Shown here: positions 9,352 to 18,150 of the stretch, in pieces
Position numbering within the stretch: position 1 is the stretch's first letter
How the letters are laid out: every line of letters begins with the position of its first letter
Assembly (NCBI GenBank): GCA_015064685.1
Contig: SVRT01000004.1
Span: forward strand, 55,883 to 119,882
Source: Oscillospiraceae bacterium
Lineage (GTDB): Bacteria; Bacillota; Clostridia; Oscillospirales; CAG-272
Direction: 5' to 3'
Length of the DNA: 64,000 nt
Notes under the pieces: generated by a model
What the model was told of the DNA's origin: nothing
Database searches by the model: none
The model's input: only the letters and a program-made list of their open reading frames with translations
Translations under genes and position numbers: made by a program

Positions 9352-10153
9352 ATGTTTCGAGGTTATTTTTTCTATATTCTGTTGGGGTCATACCGAAATG
9401 CTTTTTAAATGCTCGGGAAAAATAGAGGGGGTCGTCAAATCCGCAACGCTCTGCGACCGACGAGACCGAGAGTGCGGTGTCCGAGAGCATCATTTTCGCC
9501 TCACGCAGTCGGTAATCGCTCCTGTATCTCTGCGGTGTCACGCCGTACACGGCGCGGAACGAACGGATAAAATGCGCGGCTGTCATGCCGTATCTTGCGG
9601 CAATATCGCCAACGCTTATGTCCTCGCTTTCGAGCGAACGGCGTGCGCCCGAAAAGGGCTGCGCAGCACTTTTCGGAGATGCGATAAGCTCGAAAAGCGC
9701 CCTCGTAAGCGAGACTATATACGGCGATTCCCTGTCGCTGCCGTGTGTCAAAAGGTCGTAGATAAGACGAAAAAGCGCGTCTGTCTCCTGCTTTTTTCCG
9801 TTTGAGGGATGAAAGCCCGAGCATAGACCGATCTCGGCAAGATCCTTCTCCATATTCCGACCCGTGAAATGCATCCAATAGTAAAGAGAGTCACCGTCGG
9901 CGCAATATGTGTATTTTTGCGCCTCGCCCGGAAAATAAACGTAGCTGTCACCGCCGCGAAGTATCCTGCCCCCGACCTCTATCTCACCCGAGGCAACGTA
10001 AAGCAGATGGAAATCCTCCCTGCCTCGTGGACGGCTTACCGTCGCATCCTGGGGCAGAGCGCGCTGATACCCGAAATTGTTGAGATAGAGCGGCACCTCT
10101 CTGCCTGCCCTCTGATCGTATCCTGCGCCAAACAGCGCGAAATATCTTACCAT
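9350..10153 (-). CDS. AraC family transcriptional regulator
   Basis: C-terminal AraC-type HTH (LSVSSVAERCGFDDPLYFSRAFKKHFGMTPTEYRK) and an N-terminal cupin-like domain. The ATG at 10153 has a GGGGGAG RBS; earlier in-frame starts have none. Confidence 0.8.
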   Translation of the reverse strand: MVRYFALFGAGYDQRAGREVPLYLNNFGYQRALPQDATVSRPRGREDFHLLYVASGEIEVGGRILRGGDSYVYFPGEAQKYTYCADGDSLYYWMHFTGRNMEKDLAEIGLCSGFHPSNGKKQETDALFRLIYDLLTHGSDRESPYIVSLTRALFELIASPKSAAQPFSGARRSLESEDISVGDIAARYGMTAAHFIRSFRAVYGVTPQRYRSDYRLREAKMMLSDTALSVSSVAERCGFDDPLYFSRAFKKHFGMTPTEYRKNNLET

Positions 10154-10241
10154 AGCTCCCCCATAAATCAAAAAAGTCCGTCTGTTTTCCATAATTATAA
10201 CACAAAATATCAATTTTGTCCATATATACACCAAAATTCCA

Positions 10242-10270
10242 TTGAAAATTCATTCCCGGAGTGCTATTAT
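10242..10270 (+). promoter_or_regulatory. sigma-A type promoter upstream of the GH2 operon
   Basis: TTGAAA (10242-10247), 17-nt spacer, TATTAT (10265-10270). It lies upstream of repeat copy 6, so that element would be transcribed as 5' UTR. Confidence 0.55.
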
Positions 10271-10286
10271 ATGCTCATAGATCGAT

Positions 10287-10539
10287 AAATTGGGGTTTAT
10301 GGGAGAGGCGAACAATCCCTCAGTCTCGCATTCGCTCGACAGCTCCCTTTACACAAGGGAGCTTTACCTGAAAGGTGGAGAACGTGGATATAGTGAAATT
10401 TTCTTTAAATTTAAAAGGTTTTCACACCTATAATGCGTACGAACATCCACCAACAAAGCTCCCTTGTGTAAAGGGAGCTGTCACGCCTTGTGCGTGACTG
10501 AGGGATTGTTCGAACTCACCGATAAATCAAAATTTGAAA
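10287..10539 (+). repeat. type I nested palindromic element, copy 6 (Ia)
   Basis: AAATTGGGGTTTATGGGAGAGGCGAACAATCCCTCAG ... CTGAGGGATTGTTCGAACTCACCGATAAATCAAAATTTGAAA. It ends 18 nt before the GH2 ATG. Confidence 0.9.
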
Positions 10540-10557
10540 CTCTTTGGAGGTCAGAAA

Positions 10558-12861
10558 ATGAGAGAAAAGATATGCATTGACAAGGGCTGGATGTTCCACA
10601 GAGGAGACATAAAAATTGACTTTCCCAACGTAAAGGCGGCGGCGTACAATCGCGCCAAGACCGAGAGGATGCTCTGGGGGCCTGCGGCGCGCGATTACGA
10701 CACGGGCGCGTACGCAAGGGAGAGATGGGACAAGGTCGATCTTCCTCACGACTACGTTGTGGAAAACGAGACAGAGGAGAGATACAACAACGCGCTCGGA
10801 TATTTGAAATACGACAACGCGTGGTACAGAAAGAGCTTCACGCTCACCGAAGCCGACCGCGACAAGAGGCTCACTCTTTATTTCGAGGGCATCGCAACTT
10901 ATGCGACGATATACCTCAACGGTTGCCTTTTAAAGCGTAATTTTTGCGGCTACACCTCGTTCGAGGTCGACATCACCGACTTTGCCCGCTTTGACTGTGA
11001 AAATATCCTCGCCGTCTACGTAAACACCGAGGAGCATGAGAGCTGGTGGTACGAGGGAGGCGGTATCTACCGCCACGTCTGGCTCTGCAAGACCGACCTT
11101 GTATCTGTTGACCTCTGGGGAGTTTATGCCAAGCCTAAAAAGATCTCCGACACAGTCTGGGAGGTCGAGACCGAGACCACGCTCCGCAACGACACCGACA
11201 AGCGTCAGCTCGTCACACTGAACGGCGAGATATGCGACGGAAAAGGCAAAGTCGTTGCCTGCGCAACGTCTCGCGGATATATAACCGAGCGCGACAAAAA
11301 GGTCTTTAAATACACCTTTTCTCTCTCCTCTCCCCTACTGTGGTCGCCCGAGGAGCCGAATTTATACACGGTAAAGACCCACGTTCTGCGCGGCAATAAC
11401 GAGGTCGATTCGACCGACACCCGTATCGGATTCCGCGAGGCATACGCCGACCCCGTACGCGGACTCTTCATCAACGGCAAAAAATACAAGATACAAGGAC
11501 TTTGCGGTCACGCCGACTGCGGACTTTTGGGCAAGGCAGTCTCGGATAATATCCACCGCTACAAGGTCAGACTTATGAAGGAAATGGGCGCCAACGGCTA
11601 CCGCACGAGCCACTATCCGCAAGCCGAGGCGCTTATGGACGCGCTCGACGAAAACGGCTTTATCGTAATGGCTGAGACGCGCTGGTTCGATTCAAGCGAC
11701 GAGGGCAAGGCTCAGCTTGAGATGCTTATGAAGAGAGACAGAAACCGCCCGTCAATCTTTTTCTGGTCACTCGGGAACGAGGAATTCTATCACGCCAACG
11801 AGAACGGCAGAAGGATAGTAAAAAATCTCCTCGCCTATGCCAAAAAGCTCGACAACACGAGAATGATAATGACCGCCGTCGACCGCACGCCGCACAACGC
11901 CGCGGTGCTTGAGGAGCTTGACGTGGTCGGAGTGAACTACAACTGGGACGCCTACGGCGCGATACACGAAAAATTCCCGAAAAAGCCCGTGATCTCAAGT
12001 GAAAACTGCGCCACGGGTACGACGCGCGGATATTATTTCGATGACGGTGTGTACGTGACGGGCTACGACCACGATGCAAACCGAATGTTCCGCAGCCGAG
12101 AGTTCACCTGGAAATTTATTATGGAGCGAGATTGGATGATGGGCGGCTATCAATGGATCGCCTTTGAGCATCGCGGAGAGGCGACCTGGCCCCGAATCTG
12201 CTCGCAGAGCGGCGCGATCGACCTCTATATGCAGAAAAAGGACCCGTTCTATCAGAATATGTCGCATTGGACGACCTCTCCTATGGTACACCTTCTGCCC
12301 CATTGGAATTTCAAGGGGCTTGAGGGTGAGCCTGTAAAGGTCTTTGCCTACACGAACACCCCCACCCTCGAGCTTTTCCTTAATGGCGAGAGTCAGGGCA
12401 GGCGCGAGATCGAAAAATACGGTCACGGAGAGTGGGTAGTTCCATACGCCCCCGGCAAGCTCGAGGTCGTGGCATACGACACTGACGGCAATATAGTTGC
12501 TCGCGACTCAAAAACGACCACGGGAGAGCCCAAAAAGCTTATGCTCAAGCTCGATACTCCCGATATTAAAGCCAACGGGCAGGACGTCGCTATCGTTACC
12601 TGCTATGCGGTCGACGAAAACGGACTCGAGGTTCCCGACGCTGCTCCGACCGTCCGCTTCTACTCAAATTCGCTCGGATGTATCTATTCGACGGGCTCGG
12701 ATATCGCTGACCACTCCTCCCTCCTTCTCCCCATAAGAAAAATGCGGGCAGGCAGGATCGGTGCCGCGGTCAAGATAGGTAATACCTCGGGTGAGCTCAG
12801 AATATACGCCGAGTCCGACGGCCTCGATACCGCCGTCCTGAAAATCAACGTCGATCAGTAA
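10558..12861 (+). CDS. glycoside hydrolase family 2 (beta-galactosidase / beta-glucuronidase type)
   Basis: ATG at 10558 with a GGAGG RBS; the ORF-track TTG start lies inside the repeat. GH2 hallmarks: GIYRHVWL, NGYRTSHYPQ, FFWSLGNEE (acid/base Glu). No signal peptide. Confidence 0.85.
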   Translation: MREKICIDKGWMFHRGDIKIDFPNVKAAAYNRAKTERMLWGPAARDYDTGAYARERWDKVDLPHDYVVENETEERYNNALGYLKYDNAWYRKSFTLTEADRDKRLTLYFEGIATYATIYLNGCLLKRNFCGYTSFEVDITDFARFDCENILAVYVNTEEHESWWYEGGGIYRHVWLCKTDLVSVDLWGVYAKPKKISDTVWEVETETTLRNDTDKRQLVTLNGEICDGKGKVVACATSRGYITERDKKVFKYTFSLSSPLLWSPEEPNLYTVKTHVLRGNNEVDSTDTRIGFREAYADPVRGLFINGKKYKIQGLCGHADCGLLGKAVSDNIHRYKVRLMKEMGANGYRTSHYPQAEALMDALDENGFIVMAETRWFDSSDEGKAQLEMLMKRDRNRPSIFFWSLGNEEFYHANENGRRIVKNLLAYAKKLDNTRMIMTAVDRTPHNAAVLEELDVVGVNYNWDAYGAIHEKFPKKPVISSENCATGTTRGYYFDDGVYVTGYDHDANRMFRSREFTWKFIMERDWMMGGYQWIAFEHRGEATWPRICSQSGAIDLYMQKKDPFYQNMSHWTTSPMVHLLPHWNFKGLEGEPVKVFAYTNTPTLELFLNGESQGRREIEKYGHGEWVVPYAPGKLEVVAYDTDGNIVARDSKTTTGEPKKLMLKLDTPDIKANGQDVAIVTCYAVDENGLEVPDAAPTVRFYSNSLGCIYSTGSDIADHSSLLLPIRKMRAGRIGAAVKIGNTSGELRIYAESDGLDTAVLKINVDQ

Positions 12862-12866
12862 TATAA

Positions 12867-13120
12867 TTTCAAATTTTGATTTGGCGGTGTGTTCGAACAA
12901 TCCCTCAGTCTCGCATTCGCTCGACAGCTTCCTTTACACAAGGGAGCTTCACCTAAAAGGTTGAGAACGAGGCTGCAGTGAGTTTCACTTTATCCGTAAA
13001 GGATTTCACGGCTACAAAGCGCACAAACGTCCACCAACAAAGCTCCCTTGTGTAAAGGGAGCTGGCGCGCCTCCGTGCGCGTCTGAGGGATTGTTCGCGT
13101 CCCCTATAAACCGCAATTTA
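12867..13120 (-). repeat. type I nested palindromic element, copy 7 (Ib; interior inverted relative to termini compared with copies 1 and 2)
   Basis: TTTCAAATTTTGATTTGGCGG ... TATAAACCGCAATTT. The centre reads TCACCTAAAAGGTTGAG...CCACCAACAA, opposite to copy 1, which has the same terminus orientation. Confidence 0.9.
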
Positions 13121-13139
13121 TAAAAAAAGAGGTAAAAAA

Positions 13140-14876
13140 ATGAAGAGCTTTAGAATTGAAAAGGATCACATATACGTTGACGGGAGACCCGAGAAGATAG
13201 TTTCGGGAGCGATGCACTATTTCCGCATTCATCCCGACTATTGGTACGACCGTTTACTCAAGCTTCGCGAATGCGGCTGCAACTGCGTGGAGACGTACGT
13301 CGCGTGGAATCTGCACGAAAAGACAGAGGGCGAGTTTGACTTTTCGGGCTGGCTCGACCTCGGCAAATTCATCGATATGGCAGAGGAGATGGGACTTTTC
13401 GTCATCGTCCGCCCGGGACCCTTCATCTGCTCGGAATGGGATATGGGAGGATTGCCGTGGTGGCTGCTCAAATACCGCGACATTCAGCTTCGCTGCTCAC
13501 ATCCTCTCTATCTTGAGAAGATCACACCATATCTTAAAAGGGTGTGCGAGATAATGCGCCCCCGACTTATCACGAACGGCGGCAGCATCATAATGGTGCA
13601 GGTCGAGAACGAATACGGCGACGTTGCCGACGACACGGCATATATGGAATACGTAAGAGACGTCCTTATTGCCGAAGGAATAGATTGCGATCTGTTCATT
13701 TCCACGGGCGCGAGCCGAGCCTCGCTTTTCACGGGAGTCCCCGAAGGCGTTTACGCATCGGTCAACTACCGCAGAGAGAGCGCGGAAGCCTTGACAACGC
13801 TTAAAAAATGCTATCCTGATCAGCCCGGAATGGTAATGGAGCTTTGGAACGGAAAGGCTATGCACTGGGGCGAGGAATTTCTCAGGCGAAACGTCGACGA
13901 GGTCGCGGAATCTGTCGACAAGGCGCTCGAGTACGGTGACCTCCTGAATCTCTATATGTTCCACGGCGGCACGACCTTCGGCTTTATGAACGGCGCGAAT
14001 GACTTTGGCAAGTACGTCGTGCAGATGTCGAGCTACGACGTTGACGCACCGCTCAACGAGTACGGCAAGCGCACCTCAAAATACTACGCCGAGCAACAGG
14101 TCATCTGTAAGTGGCGCAAAATTGCACCCCAAAGTACCGCCAAGGACCCCATAATCGCCACCTATTCCGATATAAAATATATCGGTGCGGCTCCCCTCTC
14201 TGCATCCTTTGCCAAAACACCTCCGAGATGTATAAGCTCGGTAACTCCTCTCTCTATGGAGGAATGTGACCAGGGATACGGCTATATCGTGTATGAAACG
14301 ACGGTCCACTCCTTTAGTGACGTTGCTACGATGACCTTCACCGAGATCCACGACGTAGCGCACATATACGTTGACGGAGTATATACAAAGACTATATACC
14401 GCGACGACACAGACAAGACATTCAGGATCGGTCGCGAGGGCGACGTCAGAATATCGGTATTAGTGGAAAATCTCGGACGCGTCAACGCGGGCTGGAGAAT
14501 ATATGACAAAAAGGGCTTGCTCGGTAATATCTTCGCCAACGGACAGAGACAGCACTTCGGATACAATATGTACCCGATCCCGCTTGACACTCTCCCCGAG
14601 ACATACGATGCCGATCCCGTCCCCAACACACCCACCTTCTACAAGTACGTGTTCAATGCCGACAAGCCGCAGGACACCGTCCTTCACCCCGAGGGATTTA
14701 CGAGAGGAGTCGCCTTTATCAACGGCTTCAACCTCGGCAGACATTGGAAGATAGTTTGCTCGGACAATAAGCTCTTCATCCCCGCTCCCTTTATCAAGGA
14801 GGGCGAGAACGAGATCGTCATATTTGACGTGCTTCCCTCGAGAGCGGAAAAGTCCATAAGACTTTCAGAGTTTTAA
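13140..14876 (+). CDS. glycoside hydrolase family 35 beta-galactosidase
   Basis: MHYFRIHPDYWYDRLLKLRECGCNCVETYVAWNLHE and VQVENEYG are typical GH35 motifs. 578 aa, no signal peptide. Confidence 0.85.
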   Translation: MKSFRIEKDHIYVDGRPEKIVSGAMHYFRIHPDYWYDRLLKLRECGCNCVETYVAWNLHEKTEGEFDFSGWLDLGKFIDMAEEMGLFVIVRPGPFICSEWDMGGLPWWLLKYRDIQLRCSHPLYLEKITPYLKRVCEIMRPRLITNGGSIIMVQVENEYGDVADDTAYMEYVRDVLIAEGIDCDLFISTGASRASLFTGVPEGVYASVNYRRESAEALTTLKKCYPDQPGMVMELWNGKAMHWGEEFLRRNVDEVAESVDKALEYGDLLNLYMFHGGTTFGFMNGANDFGKYVVQMSSYDVDAPLNEYGKRTSKYYAEQQVICKWRKIAPQSTAKDPIIATYSDIKYIGAAPLSASFAKTPPRCISSVTPLSMEECDQGYGYIVYETTVHSFSDVATMTFTEIHDVAHIYVDGVYTKTIYRDDTDKTFRIGREGDVRISVLVENLGRVNAGWRIYDKKGLLGNIFANGQRQHFGYNMYPIPLDTLPETYDADPVPNTPTFYKYVFNADKPQDTVLHPEGFTRGVAFINGFNLGRHWKIVCSDNKLFIPAPFIKEGENEIVIFDVLPSRAEKSIRLSEF

Positions 14877-14878
14877 GC

Positions 14879-15236
14879 AAAAAAAATCACGGGATATGGC
14901 GTTGTGTTCCTAAGGACACAACGCCAACTCTATTCGCCTACGGCGAGTTCTATTGCATCGCAGTGATATTCGGCCCCAGCCGAGTGGTATTCGCTACGCG
15001 AGTTTTGAAGGCGAATAGAATATAACTGCTCTGCCTGCAGAGCAATATCACTTTTGCGAAGCGAAAATATCACGCTGTTGCAAAGCGACAGCATATCACT
15101 AAAAACTATCAGGAAGAGCGCACTTACTCACCACCGAAAGTGGTAGTGCTATACAAAAGAGCCGATACGGAATCAAATCCATATCGGCTTTTTTACTGTC
15201 CTTTAGCACCCGTAGCTATTTCCCCGTGATTTTTTC
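14879..15236. repeat. composite hairpin-array region bounded by AAAAAAATCACGGG / CCCCGTGATTTTTT
   Basis: Five plus-strand units of 7-mer (GGGATAT, ACTCTAT, GTTCTAT, GTGATAT, GTGGTAT) + short hairpin at 14891-15001. They face four minus-strand units (GTGATAT x3, GTTATAT + hairpin) at 15020-15099. Further hairpins follow. Confidence 0.75.
15161..15194. terminator. intrinsic terminator between convergent GH35 and pfkA
   Basis: GCCGATA...TATCGGC stem followed by TTTTTT on the plus strand. On the minus strand the same stem is followed by TCTTTTGT. Confidence 0.6.
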
Positions 15237-15244
15237 TTCTATAC

Positions 15245-16324
15245 TTATTTACCAAGCTCGAAGGAGAGCTTGTAGAGCTTTTCCATCTTGAGTCTTCTCT
15301 GCGCGCAAGCAGCCTTCATTTCCTCGACTTGTGCCGCGGTGTACTTATCAAGGTCGCCGTCCTTGAGCTTGCCCTTATACATACGGTCGAGAACAAGCGC
15401 GTAGTTGATATCGATATCGGTGATCATACCGTTCTTTATAGCCATTACAACGTTGCTCTTTCCCTCAAGCAAGCAGCTTACTGCCTCTGCGCCGAACTGA
15501 GTAGCATGGAGACGGTCGCGAAGTGTGGGCGAGCCGCCGCGCACGATATGACCGAGGCGGGCAAACTTTGTCTCTATTCCCGTCTCTGCCTCGAGCTTCT
15601 TAACGAATTCCTCGCTGTACTTGTTGCCGCCGTTGTTGAGAGACATTCCCTCGGCAAATACACCGATCATACCTCTCTTGCCGTGCTCTCTTGCCTCTCT
15701 GAACTTGCTGATCGCATATTCCTCGTCAAACTCAAACTCGGGAATAGCAATAACAACAGCTCCTGCCGCAACGCCCGCGTAAAGCGCGATCATACCGCAG
15801 TCACGTCCCATGACCTCGATGATGTTACATCTCGCGTGTGACTCGCAGGTCTCTCTGAGCGCGCCGACCATTCCGACAACGGTGTTCATCGCGGTGTCAA
15901 AGCCTATTGTGTACTCGGTTGCGGTAATATCGTTATCGATAGTACAGGGTATGCCTATCGAGGGGATACCGTGGTTTGTAAGATCCGTTGCTCCGCGGAA
16001 GGTTCCGTCTCCGCCGAGAGCTACGATAGCGTCTATCTGATTGTCCTCGCAGGTCTTTATAGCCTTTGCCATTCCCTCTGCCGTCTTGAATTCGGGGCAA
16101 CGGGAGGAATAGAGGATAGTTCCGCCAAGAGTGATGATATTTGATACCGAACGGTTATCAAGAGGACGGAGGTCTCCGTTAATAAGTCCCGCATATCCGC
16201 CCTGAATACCGACGACCTCAATGCCCTCGTAAAGAGCCTTTCTCGCAACCGCTCTGATAGCGGCGTTCATACCGGGCGCGTCTCCACCCGAAGCAAGTAT
16301 ACCGATTTTTCTGAATTTTGCCAT
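15245..16324 (-). CDS. pfkA: ATP-dependent 6-phosphofructokinase
   Basis: MAKFRKIGILASGGDAPGMNAAIRAV..., GGDGT, PCTIDND, MGR motifs. The ATG at 16324 is preceded by GAAAGGAAG. Confidence 0.9.
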   Translation of the reverse strand: MAKFRKIGILASGGDAPGMNAAIRAVARKALYEGIEVVGIQGGYAGLINGDLRPLDNRSVSNIITLGGTILYSSRCPEFKTAEGMAKAIKTCEDNQIDAIVALGGDGTFRGATDLTNHGIPSIGIPCTIDNDITATEYTIGFDTAMNTVVGMVGALRETCESHARCNIIEVMGRDCGMIALYAGVAAGAVVIAIPEFEFDEEYAISKFREAREHGKRGMIGVFAEGMSLNNGGNKYSEEFVKKLEAETGIETKFARLGHIVRGGSPTLRDRLHATQFGAEAVSCLLEGKSNVVMAIKNGMITDIDINYALVLDRMYKGKLKDGDLDKYTAAQVEEMKAACAQRRLKMEKLYKLSFELGK

Positions 16325-16502
16325 TTTTTCGCTTCCTTTCAATTCACGCCTGCCGATCGCTTTATAATCAAATGTCAATCGGCGTGTATTTTCTCTGTAA
16401 ACCAAACTACCCATATTGTAATACTTTTTTCCCCAAAAATCAATAGCTTATCAAAAATTTAACAAAATTATTCCATAATTCTACAACACCTTCAAAATTC
16501 TG

Positions 16503-16531
16503 TTGAAAAAAAGGGGGTTTTGTAGTATAAT
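16503..16531 (+). promoter_or_regulatory. sigma-A type promoter for the radical SAM gene
   Basis: TTGAAA, 17 nt, TATAAT (16526-16531). Confidence 0.6.
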
Positions 16532-16572
16532 TAATAAAAATCGGCATAAAGCACGAAAAAAGGGGTGAGAGA

Positions 16573-17463
16573 ATGGCACTTTGCAATATCTGTCCGCGCA
16601 AATGCGGAGTTGACCGTGAGAGCGGCAGGGTTGGCGTATGCCACTCCCCTTACGACTTTTCGGTCTCGAAGATCATGCTCCACGAGTGGGAGGAGCCCTG
16701 TCTTGTCGGAAATAGCGGCGCGGGGACTATATTTTTCTCGGGCTGCAATCTTGGTTGCATATATTGCCAGAACAGAAAAATAAGCCGAGGGGGCTGCGGC
16801 GAGACAATGACCGATGCCGAGCTTGAAGGTGCGATATTCTCTCTTGAGGAGCGCGGAGCCGCCTGCATCGAATTCGTCACCCCGACACATTATTCGGACA
16901 GGCTTTGCGACCTGCTCTCGAAAATAAAACACCGTCTCTCCGTCCCCGTGGTCTGGAACAGCGGAGGATACGAGAGCGTTGAGACTCTGCGTTCCCTTGA
17001 AGGTCTTATTGATATTTATATGCCCGATTTCAAATATTTTTCCCCCGAGACAGCGAAAAAATACTCCTTTGCGGAGGATTATTGCTCGGTCGCGCTCGAT
17101 GCTCTTCGCGAGTACGTGCGTCAGGTCGGAAAACCGCATTACGATGGAAGCGGAAAGCTACTTCACGGAGTCATCGTCCGTCACCTCATTCTTCCCTCTC
17201 ATCGCGCGGACTCGATAAAGATACTTGAGCTTATCGCAAGTGAGATAGGCGCGAAGAACGTTATTTTGAGCCTTATGGGGCAGTATACGCCCGATTTTTA
17301 CCTTGAGGAGAGCGAGGGCAAGGAGACCGTTTACAAAAATCTCTGCCGCAGATTAACCTCCTTTGAGTACGACAGTGTGCTATCGGCGGCGCAGGATCTC
17401 GGCTTTGAGGGATACTTTCAGAGCCTCTCCTCCGCAAGCAAAAAATACACACCCGATTTCTGA
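16573..17463 (+). CDS. radical SAM protein, PflX-like (COG1313 type)
   Basis: CNICPRKCGVDR N-terminus followed by the GCNLGCIYCQN (CxxxCxxC) radical SAM cluster motif. 296 aa. Confidence 0.75.
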   Translation: MALCNICPRKCGVDRESGRVGVCHSPYDFSVSKIMLHEWEEPCLVGNSGAGTIFFSGCNLGCIYCQNRKISRGGCGETMTDAELEGAIFSLEERGAACIEFVTPTHYSDRLCDLLSKIKHRLSVPVVWNSGGYESVETLRSLEGLIDIYMPDFKYFSPETAKKYSFAEDYCSVALDALREYVRQVGKPHYDGSGKLLHGVIVRHLILPSHRADSIKILELIASEIGAKNVILSLMGQYTPDFYLEESEGKETVYKNLCRRLTSFEYDSVLSAAQDLGFEGYFQSLSSASKKYTPDF

Positions 17464-17477
17464 ATACCACAGACTTA

Positions 17478-17507
17478 CACGGCTTGTTGAAAAAAGCCGT
17501 GTTTTTC
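17478..17507 (+). terminator. intrinsic terminator
   Basis: CACGGCTT-GTTGAAAA-AAGCCGTG followed by TTTTT. Confidence 0.8.
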
Positions 17508-17541
17508 TTTGAAAAATATATGTTTTTTTTGAATTTTCCTA

Positions 17542-17570
17542 TTGCATTCGCCAATAGAATATGATATAAT
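17542..17570 (+). promoter_or_regulatory. sigma-A type promoter of the MarR-ABC operon
   Basis: TTGCAT, 17 nt, TATAAT (17565-17570). Confidence 0.65.
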
Positions 17571-17576
17571 TAAGCA

Positions 17577-17597
17577 GTTAACGGTTAACGCGTTAAC
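17577..17597 (+). promoter_or_regulatory. probable MarR operator (three GTTAAC palindromes)
   Basis: GTTAACGGTTAACGCGTTAAC lies immediately downstream of the -10 box and upstream of the MarR gene. Confidence 0.5.
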
Positions 17598-17624
17598 TTT
17601 TCTTTTGGAATAAATTCAGATTTT

Positions 17625-18134
17625 ATGAAGGGAGAGATCTTTTTGACGGAAAAAAACAACCTTGAAGCCTTGACAACACCTCGTGACGAGCGCGAGATAA
17701 TCCATAAATTCATACAGACCAACCGTCTGCACAGACGTGTCATCGAGAGGTGGGCTGAGAGAGCCGATCTCCAATGCGCCTGCCACCGCATGCTTATGCA
17801 TATCTCAAGGGTCGACAATATCCCCTCGCAAAAGGAGCTTGCCGATCACTTCAAGATAAGCCCCGCCGCAGTAGCCACAACACTTAAAAAGCTCGAAGCG
17901 GACGGCTATATCGAACGTAACCGTTGCCCCGACGGCAAGGACAGCCGTATCAACGAGATATGCGTCACCGAGCTTGGCCGTACAGTTGCCGAGGATGCTG
18001 AAAAATATTTCAGATACGTTGACAAAACGACGCTCGACGGCTTTACCGACGAGGAGATAGATACTCTTATCTCTCTGCTCGAGCGTATGCAGGAAAATCT
18101 ACACAAGATCGAGGATTGCTCCTCGTTAAGCTAA
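17625..18134 (+). CDS. MarR family transcriptional regulator
   Basis: Winged-helix MarR pattern (SQKELADHFKISPAAVATTLKKLEADGYIERNRCPDGKDSRINEICVTELG). The true start may be the TTG at 17643, which has a GGGAGAG RBS. Confidence 0.8.
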   Translation: MKGEIFLTEKNNLEALTTPRDEREIIHKFIQTNRLHRRVIERWAERADLQCACHRMLMHISRVDNIPSQKELADHFKISPAAVATTLKKLEADGYIERNRCPDGKDSRINEICVTELGRTVAEDAEKYFRYVDKTTLDGFTDEEIDTLISLLERMQENLHKIEDCSSLS

Positions 18135-18150
18135 GAAAGGATACCCAGAG

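Noticed and set aside
10380-10440. Promoter inside the type I element centre (TATAAT at 10429-10434)
   Set aside because: No acceptable -35 hexamer lies at 16-18 nt spacing, and the TATAAT is not conserved in other copies (TATAGA, TATGAT, TATAAA).
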